64,000 nucleotides of DNA. It comes from a virus. Taxonomy: Duplodnaviria; Caudoviricetes. The DNA is taken from the IMG/VR virus record IMGVR_UViG_3300021431_004525. One strand, written 5' to 3'. Positions 36,183-46,335 of this stretch are shown piece after piece; position 1 is the stretch's first letter, and each line of letters opens with the position of its first letter. The translations under genes and the position numbers were made by a program. The notes beneath the pieces are model-generated. The model was not told the origin of the DNA and ran no database searches. It saw only the letters and a program-made list of their open reading frames with translations.

Positions 36183-38603
36183 ATGTTTGAAGCGAATTTT
36201 ACTAACGAAGCGGCTAATGTATTTCAATATATAAAAGATAATTTAATTAAGAAATATCCGTCAGATAAGATTACAATAGAGTATTTTATATTGTCTATTT
36301 TAGAAAACGAAGATTCAATCGGTTATCAGATACTATCTAAATCGACATTGACAAGTACACTGAATGGCATACACGATTGGTTTGTTCAATTTTTATCTAA
36401 GTTTAGTAATCAAAAGACCGTTGATAATATATCATATGATACTATATATGATAGGGCAATTGAACTTGCCAAGAAAGATTACAATGTTGATAATATAACT
36501 TCCGGGCATATATTGCTTTCTATCTTCAAACTTAGTGAGGGCATTTCTAAACAATTTAAACAGATTGGAATAACATACAACCAATTGTTAGCCAACCTAA
36601 ATTCAGTTTTACCGCCATCTGATAATAAGAAACCTGTTAGGGCAACCATTAAACTGCAAGTACCAAAAGGTGCTGTTGAAGAATTGTTGGTGGATATGAA
36701 TGAGTTGGCTTCAAACGGTAAGATAGATGAAGTCATTGGCAATGAAGAGACAATTAATAAAATTTTCAATATATTATCAAAACGTGACCGTAATAATGTT
36801 GTTATAGTCGGAGATTCCGGAATCGGTAAGACCGCAACGGTATCACATATTGCGAATTTATTGGTTAGTGGGAACGTACCAAAGCCTTTTAAAAACAAGA
36901 AACTTATTAAGTTCGATTTTATGAGTCTTGTTGCAGGTGCGGTTCTAAGAGGTAATTTCGAGGCAAAATTCAACGCAATTATAGCAGATGCCGTTAAAAA
37001 GGGTGGATATATATTCTTTATCGATGACTTGCAATCGATTCTATCTGATAAAAGTAAGTTCGCTGAAATCAATACGGAAAACTTACTCGACATGATTTTG
37101 ATGGAGCGTAATATCGGATTTATCTGTACGATGGATAACAGCTCGTATAATGCATACATCTATAATAATCCATCAATGAAAAGGCGTTTCCAAAAAATTG
37201 TAATGAAAGAGAAGGATATAGATACCGTCATATCAATTCTTAAATTGTGTAAGACAAAATATGAAAAATATCATAATGTATCTTACACTGATGGGGCTGT
37301 AGAAACTTGTGTAAAGTTAGTTAAACGTTACGTAAAGGATGGAAAATTGCCGGACTATGCAATAGATGTGTTCGATGAGATAGGCGCAAAAAAATCATTG
37401 GAGGTAAAAGAAGATGAACGTGTTGAGGAATGTAAGGAAAAATTAAAAGCAGTAAAAGAAAAAATCTCCAAGATTAATAATAGTACGGAAAGAAAGGATT
37501 ATGATGAGTATGATAATTTGAAAAATGAAGAGATTCTATTGAAGTCTGAGTTGTCTTTAATTGAAAAGGAAAATCTTTTGAATAATAAACCAATTGAAAT
37601 AACTGAAGATGATGTAAAAGAACAGATTTCGCTTAAAATTAATGTCCCACTTAGTAAAATAACTGAAAATGAAAGGGATAAACTTAAAAACCTTAATTCA
37701 AAATTAAAGGAATATGTAGTTGGACAAGACACTGCCGTTGATGAAGTGTGCCGTGTTGTCAAAAGACAAAGAATCGGTATGGTTAACAACAACAGACCGG
37801 CTGTATTATTCTTCAGTGGCATGACCGGAACAGGTAAAACTTATTTGGCTAAAAAACTCGCACAAGAGGTATTCGGTGATGAGAAATCGATGATAAGGCT
37901 TGATATGAGTGAGTATTCGGATAAGATGAGCGTAAATAAACTGTATGGTGCGGCAGCAGGATATATTGGCTATGATAAAGGTGGTATTCTTACAGAGGCA
38001 ATCAAAAAGAATAATCACTGTGTATTGCTGCTTGATGAAATGGAAAAGGCTAATGAAGACGTTCATAATGTATTCTTACAGTTGTTTGATGAAGGCAGGA
38101 TGACTGATAACATGGGAAATGTTGTAGATTTTTCCAATGTCATTGTAATCATGACATCCAACGTAGGTGCTAAGGAAATTGCACAAAAGGGAAAGGGTGT
38201 GGGATTTGTTAAGAATGAAAACTCGAACAACAAAGAGGCAATAGATAAAGCCATGAAGAACAAATTCAGACCGGAATTTATCAACCGTATTGATAGTGTT
38301 ATTTATTTCAATAAACTCTCAGAAGAAAATATAAAGGAGATAATTAAACTTGAAATAATCAAACTTGGAGAACGTATTGAAAATATCAAATATAAGTTAG
38401 GTGAGAGTTTTACGGATGATAGATGTATCTCTTATATATATAATAAGGTAAAGGAAGATGATGAATACGGCGCAAGACCTATTATACATACGATACAACA
38501 TGAATTTGAGGATAGGATAACAGATTATATTATTAATGAACAGCCCTCAGATGGCTTTGTTTTTGAACTGTCTGAAATAGGCTTGGAAAATATTTTAAAA
38601 TAA
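36183..38603 (+). CDS. clpC: ClpC/ClpB-type AAA+ ATPase
   Basis: Clp-N repeats; GDSGIGKT; coiled-coil M domain; GMTGTGKT; LLDEMEKA; GVGF loop; FRPEFINRID; YGARPI. Confidence 0.88.
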   Translation: MFEANFTNEAANVFQYIKDNLIKKYPSDKITIEYFILSILENEDSIGYQILSKSTLTSTLNGIHDWFVQFLSKFSNQKTVDNISYDTIYDRAIELAKKDYNVDNITSGHILLSIFKLSEGISKQFKQIGITYNQLLANLNSVLPPSDNKKPVRATIKLQVPKGAVEELLVDMNELASNGKIDEVIGNEETINKIFNILSKRDRNNVVIVGDSGIGKTATVSHIANLLVSGNVPKPFKNKKLIKFDFMSLVAGAVLRGNFEAKFNAIIADAVKKGGYIFFIDDLQSILSDKSKFAEINTENLLDMILMERNIGFICTMDNSSYNAYIYNNPSMKRRFQKIVMKEKDIDTVISILKLCKTKYEKYHNVSYTDGAVETCVKLVKRYVKDGKLPDYAIDVFDEIGAKKSLEVKEDERVEECKEKLKAVKEKISKINNSTERKDYDEYDNLKNEEILLKSELSLIEKENLLNNKPIEITEDDVKEQISLKINVPLSKITENERDKLKNLNSKLKEYVVGQDTAVDEVCRVVKRQRIGMVNNNRPAVLFFSGMTGTGKTYLAKKLAQEVFGDEKSMIRLDMSEYSDKMSVNKLYGAAAGYIGYDKGGILTEAIKKNNHCVLLLDEMEKANEDVHNVFLQLFDEGRMTDNMGNVVDFSNVIVIMTSNVGAKEIAQKGKGVGFVKNENSNNKEAIDKAMKNKFRPEFINRIDSVIYFNKLSEENIKEIIKLEIIKLGERIENIKYKLGESFTDDRCISYIYNKVKEDDEYGARPIIHTIQHEFEDRITDYIINEQPSDGFVFELSEIGLENILK

Positions 38604-38668
38604 ACTTGTTTATATGGTCAAAAAATAGTATCTTTGCATTAAATGTATTGCAAAGATATTTATATTAT

Positions 38669-39055
38669 ATGTGTGATATGAAAAAAAATATAGTGATAAA
38701 CGAGGATATTGAGAGGGAAATTATAGGTGAAATCCTTACGGAAGGTTTCTCTCCTGATAGGGAAAAAGTACTTCTTGTTAAAGACTATCTTGACAAGAAT
38801 TTTGAGCCTGTTAAAATGGATGATATCGACGCAAATGGGTATCCAGTAAAAGACAAGATGGTAAATATGTTAAGCAGTGGGCAACCAATAAAAACCATGT
38901 CACTCAGAGAATTTTTACTATTGCTTGACGATAGATTCCATGATATGATGACTGATGATAGCGATAGAAAGAAATTTCTTAAACAAATAATTAAGGAGTG
39001 GTATACAGGAAAGTTGGCAAAGAATGGACTTTTGTCCGTCAATTTCATTAAATAG
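38669..39055 (+). CDS. hypothetical protein with leader-like N-terminus
   Basis: KKNIVINEDIEREIIGEILTE; late motif at 38657; start reassigned. Confidence 0.7.
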   Translation: MCDMKKNIVINEDIEREIIGEILTEGFSPDREKVLLVKDYLDKNFEPVKMDDIDANGYPVKDKMVNMLSSGQPIKTMSLREFLLLLDDRFHDMMTDDSDRKKFLKQIIKEWYTGKLAKNGLLSVNFIK

Positions 39056-39090
39056 GTATATGAAATTCGCCAACTCATTTAAATAAAAAC

Positions 39091-39629
39091 GGGAACTATA
39101 TATGTGTTGACTCCAAAGTAATATTTATTTAAAAAATAACTTGAATAATACGTATAAAACGATATGAAGAGATTAGTAAAATTAACGGAAGGAGACCTGC
39201 ATAGGATTGTAAAAGAATCGGTAAAAAGGATATTGAGAGAGGGTTTGAATGACTACGACTATTATTTTAGTGTCCCAGATTATGATTATGACCAAAATGA
39301 ACCGTGGGAAGACACATTTGGTGTGAAAGAGACCATAAACGGATTGGAAATATATGACTACTCGAATGAACTCATATGTGTACTTAGAGGTAAACGGCTA
39401 AGAGATTACAAGACCGGACCTGACCAAGCAGGTGCGGATATGTCAAAGATTAATGATGACAAGTTGATTGCTGATATGAGGAAAGCACGTGGTTATTGAT
39501 TAAGCCACTTAGCACAGCCTTAGTTCATCACATATGGGAATCATCCGATAAACTTGCCGAACATGCCCAAAAAGCGTTCCTATTGGGACACTTTTTCTTG
39601 CGTTTAGTGTCAACAGATATATAGTTCCC
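39091..39629. mobile_element. 539-bp cassette bounded by 21-bp terminal inverted repeats
   Basis: GGGAACTATATATGTGTTGAC (39091-39111) versus GTCAACAGATATATAGTTCCC (39609-39629), 20/21 match; encloses late motif, one gene and a terminator; no transposase. Confidence 0.6.
39164..39499 (+). CDS. leader-tagged small protein
   Basis: MKRLVKLTEGDLHRIVKESVKRILRE. Confidence 0.8.
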   Translation: MKRLVKLTEGDLHRIVKESVKRILREGLNDYDYYFSVPDYDYDQNEPWEDTFGVKETINGLEIYDYSNELICVLRGKRLRDYKTGPDQAGADMSKINDDKLIADMRKARGY

Positions 39630-39648
39630 TAAAAAAATAAATTATAAA

Positions 39649-40116
39649 ATGAGACAAACACTAATTAAAGCATTATTAACACTAACTTTCATGATTTGCG
39701 GCTTGGAAAGTTTTGCACAAAGTACACCGACAGAAAACAGATGGGACAATTTAATAAAAGCAATTAGCGCAGTAGAAAGTAAAGGAAATCCAAGAGCAGT
39801 AAGCGGAAAACATGTTGGAATTTTACAAATTTCCACAATTGCAGTTGATGAGTGCAACCGTATAAACAAACTGAAGAAAAACAAAAAGCGGTTCACCTAC
39901 AAAGATAGGTATAGTGTAGAAAAATCAATTGAAATGTTTTGGATAATTCAAAACTTCTATAAACCAAAGAAGGAAATTAGCGATTCAGAACTTCAAGAAC
40001 ACATGATAAGGCTTTGGAATGGAGGATGTGGTTATTCAAAAAATTTAAGGGCAACAAACGGATATTTGAAAAAAGTACTTAAAAAATTAGAGAAAATTGA
40101 AACGGCTTCTGAATAA
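39649..40116 (+). CDS. lytic transglycosylase / lysozyme-like protein with signal peptide
   Basis: AISAVESKGNPRAV, GILQI, WNGG; N-terminal signal sequence. Confidence 0.8.
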   Translation: MRQTLIKALLTLTFMICGLESFAQSTPTENRWDNLIKAISAVESKGNPRAVSGKHVGILQISTIAVDECNRINKLKKNKKRFTYKDRYSVEKSIEMFWIIQNFYKPKKEISDSELQEHMIRLWNGGCGYSKNLRATNGYLKKVLKKLEKIETASE

Positions 40117-40182
40117 GTGGCCGTTTTTTATAATCTCGATGCAAGAAAACCCATTAATCTTCAGTTAATGGGATGAATTGCA

Positions 40183-40301
40183 TCAACCTTGATTCTCGAT
40201 GTACTTTCTAATAGTATCAGGATTCGCTTCACCAAAGAGCATACAAATATTAAGTGGCACTTTAGGTAAAACTTGTACCTATTCTTAGAAATATAACCCA
40301 T
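40183..40301 (-). pseudogene. tnpA: internally deleted Y1 transposase
   Basis: N-terminus MGYISKNRYKFYLKCHLIFVC joined out of frame to C-terminus GEANPDTIRKYIENQG. Confidence 0.8.
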
Positions 40302-40393
40302 ATCGAAATATTTTTTACAAAAATAGTAACTTTTTGTAAATTATTCGATATTTAATATTGAAAAATAATTAGCTTTTAACTATATTTTAATAT

Positions 40394-41590
40394 ATGAAAG
40401 TGATTTTAAAGACATATAAGTATAGAATGTACCCAAATAAGGAGCAAGAACAGATGCTTGCAAGGTATTTCGGGTCGGTTCGCTTTGTCTATAATCATTT
40501 TCTTGCTGAAAGAAAACAGCAATACACTGAGAACGGTAAAAGTGATAACTACTATACACAAGCAGGCACACTTACTAAACTGAAAAAACAAGAAGAATAC
40601 TTGTGGCTAAAGGAAATTAATTCACAAACACTTCAATTTGCACTTAGAAATCTTGAAACAGCATACACAAACTTCTTTAGAGGTAATGCAAGGTTTCCAA
40701 GATTCAAGTCAAAAAAGAATGGTGGTAGTTTCCATATACCACAACATTGCTCTGTTGAAAATGGTAGAATCTACATACCAAAGTTTAAGGGTGGTATAAA
40801 GATAGTGGAACACAGACCATTCAAAGGTGGTGATGTTAGGAATATGACAATCTCTGTCACGCCAAGCGGAAAATATTATGTTTCAATACTTACTCAAGTT
40901 GCATATGAACCATTGCAGAAAACCAATGCAGAGGTTGGTATAGACTTGGGACTAAAAGACTTGGTAATCACAAGTGATGGTAAAAGGTATTCAAGCAATA
41001 AGTTCATCAAGCATTACTCAAAGGAACTTGCAAAGGCACAGAAGCATTTGTCAAGGAAGCAGAAAGGTAGCAATTCTTGGGACAAACAAAGAATTAAAGT
41101 TGCAAGAATACAAGAGAAAATTCATAACTGTAGGTTTGACAAGTTACATAAGGTTAGTACTGACTTAATCAGGAAGTATGATGTAATCTGTTGCGAGGAT
41201 TTGAATGTTAAAGGTATGCAAAGAAACCATAGACTTGCTCAGGCAATATCTGATGCAAGTTGGGGGGCATTTCTTTCAATGCTTACCTATAAGGCGGTTA
41301 TGAATGATAAACAAGTAGTGAAGATAGGAAGATACTATCCATCTTCAAAAACTTGTCATCATTGTGGCTGGATTAAAGAGGATTTATCGTTAAAAGATAG
41401 GGAATGGACTTGCCCTAATTGTGGAGAAGTTCTTGACAGAGATGTTAATGCAGCAATGAATATCCTTTCAGAAGGATTAAGAAATATATCGGCAGGAACT
41501 GTCGATTACACTGATGGAGCAGATGTAAGACCCTTTCAAGGGCAGTCAGCTATGAAGTCAGAAGCCCACAAATCTTTAGTTTTTGGGTAG
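40394..41590 (+). CDS. tnpB: RNA-guided endonuclease TnpB
   Basis: KTYKYRMYP, RFVYN, GIDLG, CEDL, SSKTCHHCG, CPNCG, DRDVNAA; all three RuvC acidic residues present. Confidence 0.95.
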   Translation: MKVILKTYKYRMYPNKEQEQMLARYFGSVRFVYNHFLAERKQQYTENGKSDNYYTQAGTLTKLKKQEEYLWLKEINSQTLQFALRNLETAYTNFFRGNARFPRFKSKKNGGSFHIPQHCSVENGRIYIPKFKGGIKIVEHRPFKGGDVRNMTISVTPSGKYYVSILTQVAYEPLQKTNAEVGIDLGLKDLVITSDGKRYSSNKFIKHYSKELAKAQKHLSRKQKGSNSWDKQRIKVARIQEKIHNCRFDKLHKVSTDLIRKYDVICCEDLNVKGMQRNHRLAQAISDASWGAFLSMLTYKAVMNDKQVVKIGRYYPSSKTCHHCGWIKEDLSLKDREWTCPNCGEVLDRDVNAAMNILSEGLRNISAGTVDYTDGADVRPFQGQSAMKSEAHKSLVFG

Positions 41591-41625
41591 TTCACCTATT
41601 TATTGTTATACAATTTTTTAATAAA

Positions 41626-44442
41626 ATGGAGAATACAAAAGATTATATCAATCCTTGGACTTATGATTATTCCGGTGATGATGGAACCGGTATGATTAAT
41701 CCGCCTGCATTTCCAGGCGGAGTGGATGAGCAGGAAATGAATACTGCCATACAAACAGCGGTAGATAAACTTGTTAATGGTGCTCCTGCTGCATTGGACA
41801 CACTTGGTGAAATTGCAGATGCATTAGAAAATGGTGAATCAATCGAAGCAAGGTTGGTTGCAGAGATAGCAAAGAAACTCGATACTGATACTTATGAGGC
41901 AGATAAGGCTACGTTCGCTACAAAAGACGAAATACCTACGGTCCCTACAAAAGTTTCTGAGTTGGACAATGATGCTAATTTCATTACAGAAGATGCTCTT
42001 TCAGATTATGCTAAGTCGGCAGATGTATATACCAAAGATGAAGCCGATGCCAAATTCTTAACCGAGCATCAAGATATTTCTAATCTTGCTACAAAGGAAG
42101 AGGTTTCAGAAGTTGAGGGTAAAATCCCTACGAAAGTATCAGAATTGGAGAACGATGCCAACTATTTGACGGAACATCAATCACTTGAAGACTATGCGAC
42201 AAAGGAAGAACTTGAGTTAAAGGCTAATTCGGCTGATTTGGCCGCTGTTGCTACAAGTGGTTCTTACAATGATTTGGAAGATAAACCGGAAATTCCCGTT
42301 GTTCCTGAAAATGTTTCTGCATTCACGAATGATGCCGGCTATTTGACGGAACATCAAGACCTTTCGGCTTATGTAAATGGTGCTACCTATAATTCAGACG
42401 CAAAAGAGATTGATTTCAAACATGATGATAACGTATTGTTCGTAATTGATGCAACACCATTCATTAAGGACGGTATGATTAGTTCGGTTGCTATTGATAA
42501 CGGTAATTTGGTAATTACATTCAATACTGATGCAGGCAAAGAGCCTATTTCAATACCTCTAACAGACATTTTCAATCCTGCAAATTACTACACTAAATCA
42601 GAAAGTGATGAGTTGTTTGCGACTAAATCAGAAAGAGAAAATGGTGATAACGCAGTAAAGAACGAAATATTTACTAAGATTTGGTCTAAACCTAATGATG
42701 TTGAGCATGGATGGTTTCAAACTAAGTATACTAATGCTGATGGTAGTGTAGCACAATTATGGAATGAATCTGATGGCGGTGGTGCGTTGTATGAGAATAA
42801 AACAGCCGGTATCAAATCATTTGTTGGTGTTAATGCTGACGGTGCAGACGGTGTTTGTGTACAGATTTACTCAAAACAAACATCTAACAACACAGGTTCA
42901 AGATTAAACGTCAACCCTAATGGTATGTTCTACGGTGTCGGTAATTCTGCTTCTATGAAACCAGAGGAAGAACTTGCCGTCAAAGGTGATGTGACTGCTG
43001 CTGTTGAAGGCTTGGCTAAAGAAAGTGACATTCCGACAAAGGTTTCTGAATTGGAAAATGATGCTAATTACTTAACCGAACATCAGTCTTTGGAAGGCTA
43101 TGCAACTGAGACTTGGGTAAACGAGCAAGGTTTCTTGAAAAACCATCAAGATTTGTCGGCTTATGTTACTGGCGGTGACTACAATTCACAGACAAAGGCT
43201 ATTGAACTGAAGAATGGTGACACTGTTTTGGCTTCTATTGATGCTACAGACTTCATCAAAGATGGCATGGTATCAGAAGTTAAGATTGAGGGCGGAAATC
43301 TTGTTATTACATTCAACTCTGATTCCGGTAAGGAAGATATCACAATTCCACTGAGTGATATTTTCAATCCTGAGAACTACTATACTAAAACTGAAACTAA
43401 CAATAAGTTCGTTGTAGGTAAGATTACAAACCAGAATGGCTCTTATGCACTTATTTTCAATGAAAGTGACGGTGGTGGTTCACAATATTTCAACAGCACT
43501 GCTAACGTAATATCTTACGTAGGTACAAATGATGGTGATGCCAACGGTATCTGTGTCCAGATTTATTCAAAGAACAAAGCCACTAACGAGGGTACACGTA
43601 TTAACGTTAATCCAAACGGTGCATACTATGGCGTGGGTGCAAGCACTCCACTTGACCCATACAATGAGATTGCTGTAAAGGGTAACATATCAGACCTTAA
43701 CGCACAGATTGACAATGAACTTGCTGAGAAGGATGCTACTATTGCATCATTGAAAAGTGAAGTTTATTCGTTAAAACAGGTTGTCGGTAATATGGGTGGC
43801 GCAGTAACGTATGATTTGCCCGGCGAAGGAAAATCATTTAATACCCTTATGCTTAATAACGGTACAGTAAAACTTAGCGATGATGTTGAAACTGGTAGAT
43901 TTGGTCCTGGTATTACAGCAAATAATAATGTAACATTGAATCTTAATGGACATACATTGGAAGTTGATACAACCGGTGATTCCGCAAGTATTCTCGCAAG
44001 AGGTTCACAAACTGTAACTATCAAAGGTAATGGTGCAAACAGCAAGATTGTAAACAATGGCAATGGTAAAATCCTTTGGGTAGCAAGCACAAACGCAACC
44101 GCTAATATTCAAAGTGGTAACTTCATTGGTAATGGTGCTGCGGCTGAGTTAATCTACTGTGAGACTGGTACTATCAACATCACAGGCGGTACATTCAGAA
44201 ACAGTAGTGAGGACAAGAGATACTTGCTTAACTGTAAAGATGCTAATTTCAAGGCCGGAACTGCTAAGATTATTGTAAGCAGTACAAGTAAGACAAGTGG
44301 TCCTAAATTCTATGATTTTGACCCAAGCAACAATCCGGAGGGTGAAGGTACAACCTATGTAGCAGAAGGTTGCCACGTGATTTCATCGGTTGTTACAGAA
44401 GATAATGTTGAATACACGGTTTATACGGTTGTTAAAGATTAG
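41626..44442 (+). CDS. tail-fibre/virion surface protein with internal repeats
   Basis: GAPAALDTLGEIADAL; repeats PTKVSELENDANYLTEHQ; duplicated block IDAT.FIKDGM...NESDGGG...CVQIYSK...INVNPNG; beta-helix-like C-terminus. Confidence 0.7.
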   Translation: MENTKDYINPWTYDYSGDDGTGMINPPAFPGGVDEQEMNTAIQTAVDKLVNGAPAALDTLGEIADALENGESIEARLVAEIAKKLDTDTYEADKATFATKDEIPTVPTKVSELDNDANFITEDALSDYAKSADVYTKDEADAKFLTEHQDISNLATKEEVSEVEGKIPTKVSELENDANYLTEHQSLEDYATKEELELKANSADLAAVATSGSYNDLEDKPEIPVVPENVSAFTNDAGYLTEHQDLSAYVNGATYNSDAKEIDFKHDDNVLFVIDATPFIKDGMISSVAIDNGNLVITFNTDAGKEPISIPLTDIFNPANYYTKSESDELFATKSERENGDNAVKNEIFTKIWSKPNDVEHGWFQTKYTNADGSVAQLWNESDGGGALYENKTAGIKSFVGVNADGADGVCVQIYSKQTSNNTGSRLNVNPNGMFYGVGNSASMKPEEELAVKGDVTAAVEGLAKESDIPTKVSELENDANYLTEHQSLEGYATETWVNEQGFLKNHQDLSAYVTGGDYNSQTKAIELKNGDTVLASIDATDFIKDGMVSEVKIEGGNLVITFNSDSGKEDITIPLSDIFNPENYYTKTETNNKFVVGKITNQNGSYALIFNESDGGGSQYFNSTANVISYVGTNDGDANGICVQIYSKNKATNEGTRINVNPNGAYYGVGASTPLDPYNEIAVKGNISDLNAQIDNELAEKDATIASLKSEVYSLKQVVGNMGGAVTYDLPGEGKSFNTLMLNNGTVKLSDDVETGRFGPGITANNNVTLNLNGHTLEVDTTGDSASILARGSQTVTIKGNGANSKIVNNGNGKILWVASTNATANIQSGNFIGNGAAAELIYCETGTINITGGTFRNSSEDKRYLLNCKDANFKAGTAKIIVSSTSKTSGPKFYDFDPSNNPEGEGTTYVAEGCHVISSVVTEDNVEYTVYTVVKD

Positions 44443-44444
44443 TA

Positions 44445-44484
44445 AAAATAAAGGGGTAGAATAAACTTCTACCCTTTTTTATTT
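44445..44484. terminator. bidirectional terminator
   Basis: AAAGGGGTAGA-ATAAACT-TCTACCCTTTT. Confidence 0.75.
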
Positions 44485-45403
44485 ATAAAAACATTTTCAG
44501 ATTTTCTATTATTATCGGATTATATATTTTATAACATGAATGCCTTATTTTCCTATTATCCGTTATTGTAATGCCGAACAGTTGTTTTATGAAATCAGCA
44601 AATTCATCTTTTGTCGATGGTGTGAATCTGAAAATTCCTTTATTATCGAACATTTCATAATTTCTGTTTTGTATTAACAGTTCTTTTACCAAACGATTCA
44701 TTTCTTTGCCGAAATTAATATTCAACTTTGTGAAGTGTGGCATTTCCGATAAGAATATTGGAAATTTAAAATTCCTTTTGAAGCCATTGATGATATGCGC
44801 CCTAAAATACATCTTGAAATTATCAAGTGTATTGCAATTCACAATTATATGGTCATCATCAAACATATCCCACGTAAGTGATGTTTCTGAAATATGATTG
44901 GATACATTTGTTGTTATAGGACGTACAATAAAGAAACATTGGCCTCCAAACTCTTCTATGAGTTTTCGTTCATTAGGAAATCTTACATCATCAACTGCAA
45001 CCGTTTTACCTTCAGCAACATATTTCTGTATATCCCTTTTCATACAGTTTACATGCCAATCCGGATTATGTTTACGTATACAATCCGTACCTATGACTTG
45101 TAACATCTGTCTTATGTTGGTAAATTCGACACGTCCTATGTCAGCTTTGATTTCTTTTTTGTCTATATCGGTCCATTTATTTATTATATCATACCATCTA
45201 TCGTCAGGCGCATAACAAAATGTATGGCCGTTATCTTTTTTCTCATTTAGTTCTCCGATTGAACACCCGAGAATTTCAGCACAGATACCTTTTAAATAAT
45301 TTGCTGCTGTTACAATAACGCCATCATAGTAATCTTTTACTATTTCAGATAAAACGCCTTTACCTGACCTTTTACGACCACAAAATCCAAAAATCTGACT
45401 CAT
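44483..45403 (-). CDS. deoxynucleoside monophosphate kinase
   Basis: GRKRSGKG, RQMLQVIGTD..RK, DDVRFPNE, HISE. Confidence 0.88.
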   Translation of the reverse strand: MSQIFGFCGRKRSGKGVLSEIVKDYYDGVIVTAANYLKGICAEILGCSIGELNEKKDNGHTFCYAPDDRWYDIINKWTDIDKKEIKADIGRVEFTNIRQMLQVIGTDCIRKHNPDWHVNCMKRDIQKYVAEGKTVAVDDVRFPNERKLIEEFGGQCFFIVRPITTNVSNHISETSLTWDMFDDDHIIVNCNTLDNFKMYFRAHIINGFKRNFKFPIFLSEMPHFTKLNINFGKEMNRLVKELLIQNRNYEMFDNKGIFRFTPSTKDEFADFIKQLFGITITDNRKIRHSCYKIYNPIIIENLKMFL

Positions 45404-45762
45404 ACATCAATATTTATTTCTTCAAATTCATCACTATCATTATGTGGCATATTAACGTTGCTTTCTTCATTTTCATCGATATTATCGATTGTTCTTATTT
45501 CTTTGAGTATTTTTGAAAGACTTGTTGTTTCTTTTTCGTATATCTTATTGTCTTTCTCATGTTCAACGAAAACCTGTTTAATGGTCACATCCCTTACATT
45601 TTTCTTAATGCCGGCCAATGACAAAACTTCATCATCAAATGAGAAGCCTTGTTTTATTAAGTTAAAAATTTCTTTTTTGCCGTTTTCTAATACTTCTTTG
45701 ACTGTTTTGCCTTTATGAATACCAGTCGTTATTTCAGAATTAATATTTAATGTTTTATGCAT
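45400..45762 (-). CDS. hypothetical protein
   Basis: 120 aa; GIHKGKTVKEV. Confidence 0.7.
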   Translation of the reverse strand: MHKTLNINSEITTGIHKGKTVKEVLENGKKEIFNLIKQGFSFDDEVLSLAGIKKNVRDVTIKQVFVEHEKDNKIYEKETTSLSKILKEIRTIDNIDENEESNVNMPHNDSDEFEEINIDV

Positions 45763-45797
45763 AAATGAAAAAGATAATTAACATTAAATAGTGTATA

Positions 45798-46235
45798 TCA
45801 TTTGAAAAGTTTCAAATGACCGGTAAATTCATCTATTTTATCACTCCAAAACGGTCCGATTCCTACACAAGTTTTTGTTTTGACCCCATGAAAACACGTC
45901 AAGCCATTATCCTCAATAAGCACAACCGGTATTTTTTCCTCTGCTGTTTTGTTGTATTCTACAATTTTATCATAAATGTCAACCATTTCATTTTCCGTAT
46001 TGACTTCAAGGCATATTTTAGTGAAAATTCCATTAAGCCATTTATCAAGAATTGAGTTTTCACCAAATGTCACTTGATATTTTGTACGGTCATCAAGACA
46101 TGTCTTTTTACTGAACATTGTAAGTAAAGCCCCCAAGGACGCATGACATCCTTGGGCGACTATTTTACCAACATTCATTTGCTTTGACTTATCTATGATA
46201 ATTACTTGTTTTACTTGTCTTTCGATGTCTTTCAT
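45798..46235 (-). CDS. pth2: peptidyl-tRNA hydrolase, PTH2 type
   Basis: KQVIII, M..GKIVAQGCHA, KICL, DNGLT, TCVGIGP. Confidence 0.9.
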   Translation of the reverse strand: MKDIERQVKQVIIIDKSKQMNVGKIVAQGCHASLGALLTMFSKKTCLDDRTKYQVTFGENSILDKWLNGIFTKICLEVNTENEMVDIYDKIVEYNKTAEEKIPVVLIEDNGLTCFHGVKTKTCVGIGPFWSDKIDEFTGHLKLFK

Positions 46236-46335
46236 TTTTACTATGCTATTTAAATATAAAGGTCTGCCTTCCTAACGTCACAGATGTGCTAAGATTATAT
46301 GCCTTGTACGTTGTAGAATAGGCAACCTTTTTATT

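Larger units (their letters stand above)
40135..41595 (+). mobile_element. IS200/IS605-family element (deleted tnpA + intact tnpB)
   Basis: Left-end hairpin CCCATTAA-TCTTCAG-TTAATGGG; right end GAAGCCCAC...TGGGTAGTTCAC; divergent tnpA/tnpB; exact left boundary uncertain. Confidence 0.85.

Noticed and set aside
41940-43100. LTE motifs in the tail-fibre repeats as protease/leader sites
   Set aside because: They are part of the YLTEHQ fibre repeat and lack the leader helix. L-x-E alone is too common to be diagnostic.
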